Assembly: GCA_040289575.1 (NCBI GenBank)
Contig: PSLL01000015.1
Span: 4,321 to 36,223, forward strand
Length of the DNA: 31,903 nucleotides
Direction: 5' to 3'
Source: Candidatus Dadabacteria bacterium
GTDB lineage: Bacteria > Desulfobacterota_D > UBA1144 > Nemesobacterales > CSP1-2
The notes under the pieces are model-generated. The model made no database searches. It saw only the letters and a program-made list of their open reading frames with translations, and was not told the DNA's origin. The stretch's first letter is position 1. Each line of letters begins with the position of its first letter. The translations under genes and the position numbers were made by a program. Below are positions 19,559 through 28,684 of the stretch, piece by piece.

Positions 19559-21670
19559 TTGGTTAACGAGATAAGACGTATAAAAACACAGGTCTTTGGA
19601 AGAGAGTTTGAGATCGAAACCGGAAGGGTCGCAAAACAGGCTCATGGCGCTGTTCTTGCGCGCTATGAGGGCACTACGGTTTTAGCTACGGTCGTAGCCG
19701 CAAAAGAGAAGTCGGAAGGCGAGGATTTTCTTCCCTTGACTGTGAACTATCAGGAAAAGGCCTACGCTGCGGGGAGGATTCCAGGCGGATATTTTAAAAG
19801 AGAGGGGCGTCCGAGTGAAAAGGAGGTGCTCACTTCAAGGCTCATTGACAGACCTATAAGACCACTTATACCCAAGGATTTTACATACGCTACGCAGATC
19901 ATAGCTACCGTTCTCTCAGCTGACCAGGATAATGATCCAGATGTTCTTTCTGTAACGGCGGCATCGGCCGCGCTTCTTGTATCTGATATTCCTTTTGCCG
20001 GGCCTGCTGCTGCGGTAAGGGTAGGGCGCATAAGTGGGGAATTCATATGTAATCCAACGAGGGTCGAGATTGAGAAGAGCGATATGGATATAGTTGTAGT
20101 CGGAACAAAGGATGCAATCGTTATGGTTGAGGGCGGCGCGAATGAGGTGCCAGAGCCGGAGATCGTCGAGGCACTTTTATTTGCACACAAATGTATTCAG
20201 GAGTTCATCAAGCCTCAGGAGGACCTTATAAACGGACTGACGATTAAAAAAAGAGAGGTTCCGGCTATAGTTGAGGATTCGGCTCTTACCCGGAGCGTAT
20301 TTGAATTTGCTAAAGAGAGGCTTAGAGAGGTGATAAGGGTACCATCTAAATCTGAAAGGAGGGAGAGGATTCAACAGATATTTAGAGATACGGTTGAATC
20401 CCTTGAGCCGCAGTTTCCTGGAATGGGTACTCAAGTCGCCAAGATATTCGACAATCTAAAGAGGGATTTGGTTCGCGAACTCGTGGTTAATGACAAGAGG
20501 AGAATAGATGGGAGGGGATACACAGAAATAAGACCCATAAGCGGAGAGATAGGTTTTCTTCCCCGCACCCACGGCTCTGCCCTTTTTACAAGGGGTGAAA
20601 CACAGGTTGTGGTGGCAACTACGTTGGGAACGAGTTATGATGAGCAGAGAATAGATGCCCTCGAGGGGGAGCTGACAAAGCGATTTATGCTCCACTACAA
20701 CTTCCCCCCATTCTCTGTGGGTGAGATTGGAAACCGTCTCGGTCCCGGTCGTCGGGAGATCGGCCATGGAGCCCTTGCGGAAAGGGCGCTTATCCCGGTT
20801 CTCCCGTCAAAGGAAGACTTTCCATATACGATTCGTGTTGTCTCTGATGTGCTTGAATCAAACGGCTCGTCGTCTATGGCTACGGTCTGCGGGGGGAGCC
20901 TTTCGCTTATGGACGCTGGCGTACCTATAAAAGCGCCTGTTGGCGGAATCGCAATGGGATTGATTAAAGAAGGGGACAAATTCGTCATTCTCTCGGATAT
21001 ACTTGGTGATGAAGATCAGCTTGGTGATATGGATTTTAAGATTGCAGGTACTACTTCCGGTGTTACTGCCGTTCAGATGGATATTAAGGTTACGGGTGTC
21101 ACGAGGGATATACTCTCAAAGGCGCTTGAGCAGGCGCGTGAGGGAAGGGTTTTTGTAATCGAAAAGATGAATGAAATGATCTCGAGCCCTAGGGCCGAAA
21201 TATCCCATTTTGCTCCTAGAATCCTTACGATTCAGGTGAAACCTGAGAAGATAAAGGACGTAATTGGGCCCGGCGGGAGGGTGATAAAGAAGATAATTGA
21301 AGCGACAGGTGCCGCAATAGATATTGATGAGACAGGAAGGGTAAATATTGCATCTCCAAGTAAAGAGGCGTGTGACAAGGCTGCAAGGATGGTAAAGGAG
21401 ATTGTTCAGGAAGTAGAGGTTGGAAAGGTATACCTCGGAAGGGTTAAACGGGTTCTTGACTTTGGAGCGATAGTTGAACTGTTTCACGGTGCAGACGGCC
21501 TTGTTCATATATCGGAGCTTGCTCCGACCAGGGTAAGAAAGGTTTCAGATATCGTAAAAGAGGGTGATGAGATACTTGTAAAGTGTATTGGCATAGAAAA
21601 CGATGGGAAGGTAAGGCTTAGCAGGAAAGAGGCGCTCGGAGAGAATATAGAAGATTATAGAAAGAGCTAG
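19559..21670 (+). CDS. pnp: Polyribonucleotide nucleotidyltransferase (PNPase)
   Basis: [56 protein letters not shown] and S1 domains. Start set at TTG 19559 because GGAGG lies at 19544-19548. Confidence 0.99.
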   Translation: MVNEIRRIKTQVFGREFEIETGRVAKQAHGAVLARYEGTTVLATVVAAKEKSEGEDFLPLTVNYQEKAYAAGRIPGGYFKREGRPSEKEVLTSRLIDRPIRPLIPKDFTYATQIIATVLSADQDNDPDVLSVTAASAALLVSDIPFAGPAAAVRVGRISGEFICNPTRVEIEKSDMDIVVVGTKDAIVMVEGGANEVPEPEIVEALLFAHKCIQEFIKPQEDLINGLTIKKREVPAIVEDSALTRSVFEFAKERLREVIRVPSKSERRERIQQIFRDTVESLEPQFPGMGTQVAKIFDNLKRDLVRELVVNDKRRIDGRGYTEIRPISGEIGFLPRTHGSALFTRGETQVVVATTLGTSYDEQRIDALEGELTKRFMLHYNFPPFSVGEIGNRLGPGRREIGHGALAERALIPVLPSKEDFPYTIRVVSDVLESNGSSSMATVCGGSLSLMDAGVPIKAPVGGIAMGLIKEGDKFVILSDILGDEDQLGDMDFKIAGTTSGVTAVQMDIKVTGVTRDILSKALEQAREGRVFVIEKMNEMISSPRAEISHFAPRILTIQVKPEKIKDVIGPGGRVIKKIIEATGAAIDIDETGRVNIASPSKEACDKAARMVKEIVQEVEVGKVYLGRVKRVLDFGAIVELFHGADGLVHISELAPTRVRKVSDIVKEGDEILVKCIGIENDGKVRLSRKEALGENIEDYRKS

Positions 21671-21710
21671 AAAAGAGACTAATGTCTATTCTACCATAAG
21701 TCATAGTGGG

Positions 21711-21823
21711 TTATATCAAATCCGGTTGATTGGTGACTATATGTCATAAGATCCTTGAACCATATCAGTTTAACAATATGCTTGCAAATGACATGTACAA
21801 CTGTTTATCCGGATTTAATATGA
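21711..21823. repeat. About 113-bp element with imperfect terminal inverted repeats (MITE-like)
   Basis: TTATATCAAATCCGGTTGA / TTATCCGGATTTAATATGA (15/19 as IR) plus inner ATGTCAT/ATGACAT. Confidence 0.45.
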
Positions 21824-21875
21824 TAACCTTTCGCTCCTGCAAAATATCTTCCTGAATTATACTACTTCATAATAA

Positions 21876-22835
21876 ATGCACAATACTGGACAATTAGAGA
21901 CAAGAGATAGACCTAAAATACTTGTCATATTAGGTCCAACAGCGGCGGGAAAGAGTGAACTCGGCATTCAGATTGCAAAAAGAATAGGCGGGGAAATAGT
22001 AAATGCCGACTCACTTCAGGTTTATAAATACATGGACATTGGCACTGCAAAGCCATCAAGGGCAGAACGGCAGTATATTCCTCATCACTTGATTGATATA
22101 ATTGATCCCTCTACAGAATTTAACGCCGGATCATATAGAAAGGCTGCTCAGGAGGTGATTCGAGAACTCCATAAAAGGGGAGTCAAGATTATTCTCGTAG
22201 GTGGCACATATCTCTATGTTCGGGTTCTTCTCTATGGGCTTATTGAGGGGATCTCTGCGGATAGAGAGATTAGGGATGAACTCAGGTGGCTTAAATCCGA
22301 TTTTGGAGTTTCTTATGTTTATGAGAAGCTCAAATCGCTTGATCCCGCTGCTGCGGGTCGGATTCATCCGAATGACTATGTGAGAATCGAGCGGGCACTT
22401 GAGGCATATTACATTTCAGGGACGAAGATGTCTGAACTTCAAGAAAAACATGGGTTTAAAGGGGATGAATACGAGGTTCTAAAGATTGGGATTTCTGAGG
22501 AAAGAGGAGTTCTTAGAAAGAGGATAGATCAGAGGGTTGATAGAATGATAGAAAAGGGGCTTGTTGATGAGGTAAAAAAAATCCGTGAGATGGGTTTTGG
22601 AAGAGACCTAAAGCCCATGCAATCTATAGGTTATAAGCACATAAATCAATATGTTGATGGGGAGATTGCACTTGATAAAGCTATAGAGTTAATAAAGCGC
22701 GATACAAAACGCCTTGCCAAGCGTCAGATGAAATGGCTACGGAGGGATAAGGATATAAACTGGTATCGCATTCCTGAGGACTTGGATATGGTATTGCACA
22801 GAGCTGAGGATTTTTATAACACCGATTATAGTTAA
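21876..22835 (+). CDS. miaA: tRNA dimethylallyltransferase
   Basis: GPTAAGKS, NADSLQVYKYMDIGTAKP, PHHLID, VGGT.LY, SIGYK, AKRQ.KW. Confidence 0.98.
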   Translation: MHNTGQLETRDRPKILVILGPTAAGKSELGIQIAKRIGGEIVNADSLQVYKYMDIGTAKPSRAERQYIPHHLIDIIDPSTEFNAGSYRKAAQEVIRELHKRGVKIILVGGTYLYVRVLLYGLIEGISADREIRDELRWLKSDFGVSYVYEKLKSLDPAAAGRIHPNDYVRIERALEAYYISGTKMSELQEKHGFKGDEYEVLKIGISEERGVLRKRIDQRVDRMIEKGLVDEVKKIREMGFGRDLKPMQSIGYKHINQYVDGEIALDKAIELIKRDTKRLAKRQMKWLRRDKDINWYRIPEDLDMVLHRAEDFYNTDYS

Positions 22836-22842
22836 GGCTTTC

Positions 22843-23202
22843 CTACTTCCCCAGTATCATCTTTATTGAGACGACCAACAGTAGAACGCCGAATATTTTT
22901 TTTAGCGTAGGGTCGGAAATGTGTTGAACATATGTTCCGCCTAAATATGCTCCAAGAATAAAACCTGTAGCAATAAATGCCGCCATGTATAGATTAATAT
23001 TACCCTCTTTGTAGTATTTTATTACTGCGAGGATTGCAACCGGAGGGGTGAGAACCGCAAGGGATGTCCCCTGTGCCTGATGCTGTGTGAGATGAAAAAA
23101 GTAAACCATTGCGGGAACCATTACCAGTCCGCCGCCTATTCCAAAAAAGCCGCTTGCTATACCTGCCGCCAAGCCTATGAGAATGGAGCCCACTATTAAC
23201 AT
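22843..23202 (-). CDS. Half-size sulfite exporter TauE/SafE (TSUP) family protein
   Basis: AGIASGFFGIGGGLVMVP, QHQAQGTSLA, LKKIFG motifs; 119 aa; GGAGG SD. Confidence 0.88.
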   Translation of the reverse strand: MLIVGSILIGLAAGIASGFFGIGGGLVMVPAMVYFFHLTQHQAQGTSLAVLTPPVAILAVIKYYKEGNINLYMAAFIATGFILGAYLGGTYVQHISDPTLKKIFGVLLLVVSIKMILGK

Positions 23203-23224
23203 TGCAGAACCTCCGAAGATAGAA

Positions 23225-23252
23225 GTAGGGGCGATTCATGAATTGCCCCTAC
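23225..23252. repeat. GTAG-family REP palindrome
   Basis: GTAGGGGCGATTCATGAATTGCCCCTAC, near-perfect 28-nt palindrome with GTAG at both 5' ends. Confidence 0.8.
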
Positions 23253-23263
23253 AATTGGATTTA

Positions 23264-23962
23264 CTATTCAATAGGAGAATTAGTATTGTTTCTTATACTC
23301 TCTAGCTTTTTCTGAATTTGGAATTTCAATTCATTATCCGAACCGTTGAGTATCTGTCTGTACATCCTTTCTGCATCGCCGGACTTGCCCATTTTTTCAA
23401 GGGATTGGGCTATGTAGAGTTCAGCCTCGCCCCTGTATGGATTTCCTTCTTTATCGAGTTTGGATAGATAATCTATTGCCTGATGCCAATCCCCTTTATT
23501 GAAGCTCGCCATACCGAGCCTGAGGTACGCTAGGTCTATAATTATTTTATTCTTAGAGCCGCTCTTTATGAGGTTGTTAAGGAGTTTTATCGACTCGTCG
23601 TATTTACCCATGTTGTAGTTTATCTCAGCTGCGTAGTAGAGCGCGACTTTTGATATATTCGATCGCTGGTATTTCTTACTTATATCCAGGAATTTATTTA
23701 GTGCTTCCTGATAGCTTTGATCCGAATTTGCTCCTGTGTATATCTTTATTGCTTCTGTGAACTCTGAGTTTGCGCTCAGTTCGCGCCTCTCAACTAATGT
23801 GATTGCTATAAAAGCCGCAATGAGAATAAGTATGACCGCACCGAAGGCCGCCAGTATTTTTTTATAATTCTCGGATGCAAGGACGATTGCATCGGTAACG
23901 GCTTCTCTAAATTTGTCCGGTTTTTTGAGTTCCTTTTGAGTGATTTTTACCCTTTCTGCCAT
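23264..23962 (-). CDS. Membrane-anchored tetratricopeptide repeat protein (YfgM-like)
   Basis: KELKKPDKF N-terminal motif, one TM helix, several TPR-like helix pairs; start moved to ATG 23962 (MAERVK). Confidence 0.82.
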   Translation of the reverse strand: MAERVKITQKELKKPDKFREAVTDAIVLASENYKKILAAFGAVILILIAAFIAITLVERRELSANSEFTEAIKIYTGANSDQSYQEALNKFLDISKKYQRSNISKVALYYAAEINYNMGKYDESIKLLNNLIKSGSKNKIIIDLAYLRLGMASFNKGDWHQAIDYLSKLDKEGNPYRGEAELYIAQSLEKMGKSGDAERMYRQILNGSDNELKFQIQKKLESIRNNTNSPIE

Positions 23963-24137
23963 AATGAGATTATAATAGCAGTGTCTAAAAACACAAGTCG
24001 GCCTGTGGAATAATAACATTGTGAAAATATCTAGCGGAGTCTAATTGATTTTGTAATATCAGATTGATATTTCAGTATAATGGCAAATCGAAGGCTATCA
24101 ACAAGGATTCCTTTATACTGTTTGTTTTTAGAATGTG

Positions 24138-24167
24138 TTGACAAGGGGTTCTTTAGGGTGGAATAAT
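24138..24167 (+). promoter_or_regulatory. Sigma70-type promoter upstream of the cupin gene
   Basis: TTGACA-18 nt-AATAAT with TG before the -10. Confidence 0.45.
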
Positions 24168-24205
24168 AACACTGAAATAAAATAATATAGAGACGAGGGA
24201 GTCAT

Positions 24206-24717
24206 ATGAAAATATTAAACAGCAGGATGATATTAGTAATCATACTTGCGGTGGGCTTAATTGGTTGGTCTATTGTACAAGCAGTAGAGGAGAAGAAAAT
24301 GGAGCCTCAGGCTAGCCAGCCTAGTCATATTTTGATTACGCCATCGGATATGGATTGGGTTGATGCTCCACCATCTGTACCGCCTGGGGCAAAATTAGCT
24401 GTACTAGAAGGAGGCCCAACAAAACCCGGGCCGTTCACGATGCGAATCAAGTTTCCTGTTGGTTATAGGATTCCACCGCACTGGCATCCAGCGGTTGAAC
24501 ACGCCACTGTTATTTCCGGTGCTCTTAATATGGGGATAGGGGATAAGTTTGATCCTCTAAAAACGAAGGAGCTGCCGGCAGGGAGTTTTAGTCTGATGCC
24601 TGCAAAAATGCACCATTTGCCTGGGTTAAAGAGGAAACCATAATTCAGGTTCATGGAATCGGTCCCTGGGGAATAAACTACGTCAACCCATCGGATGATC
24701 CGAGAAATAAGAGATAG
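24206..24717 (+). pseudogene. Secreted cupin-domain protein (DUF4437-like), frameshifted
   Basis: Signal peptide, PPGAKLAVLEG.P, IPPHWHP..EH.TVISG. One extra T at 24616-24618 gives HHFAWVKEETIIQVHGIGPWGINYVNPSDDPRNKR*, the expected family C-terminus. Confidence 0.8.
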
Positions 24718-24859
24718 GATTGATAGATAAAATTATCTACAATAAGGCTCAATTTGCTTTTGGTATCACACTTGACTATCCCTCCATTTTGATTCCTTAC
24801 CTAATTTTGGCTGAGTCTAAACTGAGTAAATCGAATGCGCTTAGAATGATACTGCGATT

Positions 24860-26818
24860 ATGAGGTGGACAATAGTGGTAGATGAGGAATACAAAAGACC
24901 CGATCCGGAGGCTCTTCTGCAGGTTGCTTGCGATGAAGAATCCCAGCAGAGACGTGGGAAGCTAACGATTTATTTCGGTTCGGCGCCGGGTGTAGGGAAA
25001 ACCTACGCCATGCTTTATGACGCGAGGCTCCGCAAGCAAGAGGGAAAGGATGTCGTAGTAGGTTATATTGAAACACACGGTCGAGCCGAGACAGAGGCCC
25101 TTCTTGAAGGTTTAGAGATCATCCCCCTCCGCATTTCTGAATACAAAGGCATTCTGCTTAAAGAAATGGATCTCGATGCCATCTTATCGCGCAGCCCTCG
25201 TCTAGTGCTTGTGGATGAACTGGCGCATACCAATGCTCCAGGTTCACGCCATCTCAAGCGTTATCAAGATGTAGAGGAGATTCTCAATGCGGGAATTGAT
25301 GTCTATACAACGCTCAATGTACAGCATCTTGAAAGCTTAAATGATATAGTTTTGCTAATTCAAGGCATTCGCGTCCGCGAAACCGTACCAGACACTGTCT
25401 TTGAGTCCGCAGATGAAGTAAAACTCGTGGACCTTCCGCCTGAGGAATTAATAAAGAGATTGAAAGAAGGGAAGGTTTATGTAAAGGATATGGCGGAACT
25501 GGCCATCAGGCACTTTTTCCAGCCGGGAAACCTACTGGCGCTTCGTGAATTGGCGCTCCGTCTTGCTGCGGATCGCATAGATGAAAGGATGCTTCAGCAT
25601 ATGAAAGCCCACGCAATTGCAGGGCCATGGGCTACTAAAGAACGCATCCTTGTGTGCGTATATGCAAGCCCCTATGCAGAGCAGTTGGTTCGTTCTGCCT
25701 CCCGGCTTGCTTCTGAAATGAATGGAGAATGGACAGCGATTTATGTAGAAACGGAAAAACACGCGCAATTATCGGAGAAAGAACAGCAGTGGCTTACAAA
25801 TACACTTGAGACTGCGAGAAGGCTGGGCGCAAGGGTAAGCTGGATTAAGGGAGACGATGTTGCTAAAGAGATAGCCTGGTATGCCAAAAACCACAATGTC
25901 ACAAAAATCGTGATAGGCAAGCCCCTACATTTCGGATTATTCCCTTCTCTGGCTCAGAAGATTATGACGCATACTAAGGGTATTGATATTTTTCTTTTTG
26001 CAGGTCATAGTGAACAGGCTCCGCCTAAAAGGAAAAGGATTATACTCCGTCCATTAAATTATTTTATAAGTGCGATCTCTGTCAGTCTTATTTCATTCAT
26101 CGGTTTTTTACTTCGAGATACACTGGGTCAGGTTAACTTGCTGTTTTTATTGCTCTTACCTGCTATATTGAGTGCCCTTTTCTTCGGACGTGGCCCGTCT
26201 ATTCTTGCCGCAATCATGAGCATTGTTATCTTTGATTATGTGTTTGTGCAGCCGTATTATAGCTTTGCAATATCGGATTCAAGATATTTCATTACGTATA
26301 TCGTTTATCTTGTGGTCATTGTTATAATAAGTAACCTTGCATCCAATCTACGCTACAAAGTTGAGCAGGTTAGGCAGAGTGAATCTAAAAGTACGGTACT
26401 ATATGAGTTAAGCAGAGACTTGGTTACTGCTCTTAATGTCGAACAGGTTCTGTCCATTCTAGTCAGTCATGTCAGGCAAATTTTCCCATGTGAAATAGCT
26501 ATCTTTACTCCAGTAGGTTCAAGGCTTTCTGTTAAAGCTGCAACTCCCGGATTCCATGTGGATTCAAATGAGATTGGAGTAGCAAATTGGGTCTGGAATA
26601 ACGGTAAACCCGCTGGGCCAGGCACAGGTACCTTACCCCACGCCTGGGCTTTCTATCTGCCCATGACGGCAACAGGTACAGTCAAGGGTGTTATGGGCTT
26701 TCATTTTGAAAATCCTGAGCGGGCACTGACTTTCGACAATCAGGTTGTGCTGGAAACCATTGCCAACTTGGGGGCTTTGGCTATTGAGAGAATGGAGATT
26801 CAAACTCAGGGAACATAA
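24860..26818 (+). CDS. kdpD: KdpD-like sensor (KdpD N-domain, Usp, 4-TM DUF4118, GAF) lacking HisKA/HATPase
   Basis: RPDPEALL, RGKL.IYFGSAPGVGKTYAML, VDELAHTNAPGSRH.KRYQDV, TLNVQHLESLND, L.ALRELALR; FDYVFVQPYYSFAI TM motif; stops just after the GAF helix ALAIER. Alternative start GTG 24875 (GAGGTG SD). Confidence 0.88.
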   Translation: MRWTIVVDEEYKRPDPEALLQVACDEESQQRRGKLTIYFGSAPGVGKTYAMLYDARLRKQEGKDVVVGYIETHGRAETEALLEGLEIIPLRISEYKGILLKEMDLDAILSRSPRLVLVDELAHTNAPGSRHLKRYQDVEEILNAGIDVYTTLNVQHLESLNDIVLLIQGIRVRETVPDTVFESADEVKLVDLPPEELIKRLKEGKVYVKDMAELAIRHFFQPGNLLALRELALRLAADRIDERMLQHMKAHAIAGPWATKERILVCVYASPYAEQLVRSASRLASEMNGEWTAIYVETEKHAQLSEKEQQWLTNTLETARRLGARVSWIKGDDVAKEIAWYAKNHNVTKIVIGKPLHFGLFPSLAQKIMTHTKGIDIFLFAGHSEQAPPKRKRIILRPLNYFISAISVSLISFIGFLLRDTLGQVNLLFLLLLPAILSALFFGRGPSILAAIMSIVIFDYVFVQPYYSFAISDSRYFITYIVYLVVIVIISNLASNLRYKVEQVRQSESKSTVLYELSRDLVTALNVEQVLSILVSHVRQIFPCEIAIFTPVGSRLSVKAATPGFHVDSNEIGVANWVWNNGKPAGPGTGTLPHAWAFYLPMTATGTVKGVMGFHFENPERALTFDNQVVLETIANLGALAIERMEIQTQGT

Positions 26819-26878
26819 GATAATTCTCTTGTTATACTGTCCATAAGGGTATAGTGCTGTGCTAACTCAAGCTGATTC

Positions 26879-28570
26879 CTATATTACCTTTATTCCGGAT
26901 TTTAAATCCACTGTTTTAAATAGATGCCTTTTGATCTTGCGCGTCGTTGTCTTTGGAAACTCATCAAACCTTATGGCGAAATGGCTTATCCTTTTATAGG
27001 ACTCTAGACCTTCATTGATTTTCTTGACATCTAATCTTATAAGTCCCCATATATTTTCAACGCTTGGGTCCTTGCCAATACCATTTAGTGCTTCTCTAAC
27101 CTCATCGAGATTTGGATAGATTACGGCCTGTATGGTTTTATCATCTGGGCTAAATACAAGGGCTTCCTCGATGTATGCGGATTTTGTGAGTCTCTCCTCA
27201 ATCTCCTCTGGAAACACATTCTTGCCGCCCTTTGTGACTATGACAAACTTCTTTCTTCCCGTTATATACAGATAACCCTCCTCATCAAAATATCCGATAT
27301 CACCTGTCATGAGCCACCCGTCAGGAGTTAATACTTCTTTCGTGGCATCTTCATTCCTATAGTATCCCTTCATTATGTTCGGGCCTCTGGCGACGATTTC
27401 GCCGTTGCCCTCTGAGTCTATGTCTCTTATTTCAACCTCATCGCTTGGTATTATCATGCCAATGCTTTCATTGATCGGTTTTGAAGGAGGGTTTACGCTA
27501 ATTAGTGGAGACGCCTCAGAAAGGCCATATCCCTGTAGGATTGGAAAGCCCAGTTCCTCTAGTCCCTTTGAGACCCAGAGGGGTAGAGCTGCTCCCCCGG
27601 ATACGATGAGCCTTATTCTATCGAGCCCCAGATTTTGCCTAATGCGGTTCCCTATAAACCCTTTGGGTAAGAGTTTAGTTGCAAGCCTTTTTATTCCCCT
27701 CTGGTTTGATAATTCTCTATTTATCCGTAGGATTAGTTTTTCCAGAATCAGGGGTGTATTGAGCCATATTGTCGGGTGTGCGGCATTCAGGTCCTCTATC
27801 ATCTCATTGGGTTTTAGACCCCTGGCATAGAATATGCTCATGCCGTTGTAGAACGGGGTTAGGAGTCCCATTGTACATTCATAGCAGTGATGAATTGGAA
27901 GGATTGAAAACGCCCTATCGTCATTTGTGAATTCTATAATCCTATAAACGTCATCAACATTTGACATAATGTTTCTGTGTGTCAAAATTACGCCCTTTGG
28001 ATCTCCGGTTGTCCCGGAGGTAAATAAAATCTCCATTATATCATCAGCAGAGATATTTTCTGCACTAACTCCTTTTGAATACTTGTTATAAATCTCATCG
28101 AAGCTCTCCATCGGGACTATGTGTTTTAGTTCATCGAGATCATCTTCTTCCATAGAACGGATGTCGGAGAGATGGGAGCCGGATAGTATTATCGCCTTGG
28201 CTGATGAGAAACTGAGAATGGATTTGTATAGGTTCGCCGATGCCCTCGCATCAAGCGGTACGGCGACTGCTCCTATATACGCAATCGAGAAATAGGATAT
28301 TGCCCATTCTGGGCTGTTGTCCCCGAGGATTGCTATGCAGTCTCCTCTTCCAAGCCCAAGCTCGTCTCTTAGATACCTGCTCAGGCGTTTGATGTACTCA
28401 AGGGCCTGACCATAGGTTAAGCTATAGATATTGCCGTTTCTTGGAATCAGGAAGGCTACGCTATCTCTGTATTCTTCTGTGCTCCTCTCCAGCATATCTG
28501 GAATGGTTTCGATATTGAGACCCGATCTCACTGTCGGAATTTTCCGTGTGGGTTTGCTTAGCTTTTTCAT
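26879..28570 (-). CDS. Long-chain acyl-CoA synthetase (AMP-binding)
   Basis: FTSGTTGDPKG, SILPIHH.YE, SGGA, QGYGLSE, GWLMTGD, GRKK.VIVTKGGKNVFPEEIE, KTTTRKIKR. Confidence 0.92.
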   Translation of the reverse strand: MKKLSKPTRKIPTVRSGLNIETIPDMLERSTEEYRDSVAFLIPRNGNIYSLTYGQALEYIKRLSRYLRDELGLGRGDCIAILGDNSPEWAISYFSIAYIGAVAVPLDARASANLYKSILSFSSAKAIILSGSHLSDIRSMEEDDLDELKHIVPMESFDEIYNKYSKGVSAENISADDIMEILFTSGTTGDPKGVILTHRNIMSNVDDVYRIIEFTNDDRAFSILPIHHCYECTMGLLTPFYNGMSIFYARGLKPNEMIEDLNAAHPTIWLNTPLILEKLILRINRELSNQRGIKRLATKLLPKGFIGNRIRQNLGLDRIRLIVSGGAALPLWVSKGLEELGFPILQGYGLSEASPLISVNPPSKPINESIGMIIPSDEVEIRDIDSEGNGEIVARGPNIMKGYYRNEDATKEVLTPDGWLMTGDIGYFDEEGYLYITGRKKFVIVTKGGKNVFPEEIEERLTKSAYIEEALVFSPDDKTIQAVIYPNLDEVREALNGIGKDPSVENIWGLIRLDVKKINEGLESYKRISHFAIRFDEFPKTTTRKIKRHLFKTVDLKSGIKVI

Positions 28571-28626
28571 TATTGTAGCACTAAAATTTTAATTATATTG
28601 CAGCAATCAGAAGATGAAAAGTGAGC

Positions 28627-28655
28627 TTGTTGAATTACATACAAGTTGGTATAGT
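28627..28655 (+). promoter_or_regulatory. Sigma70-type promoter (extended -10) for the CDF gene
   Basis: TTGTTG-17 nt-TATAGT with TGn immediately before the -10. Confidence 0.45.
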
Positions 28656-28684
28656 ATCAATATAGAGGCTTAAGGAAGTTATCA

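Noticed and set aside
11779..22383. Numerous short antisense and alternative-frame ORFs within rimP to miaA
   Set aside because: All nested in highly conserved genes and lack independent motifs.
24081..24095. TGGCAAATCGAAGGC as a second sigma54 promoter
   Set aside because: GG-N10-GC spacing holds but the TT of TTGC is missing, and a sigma70-like promoter lies closer to the gene.
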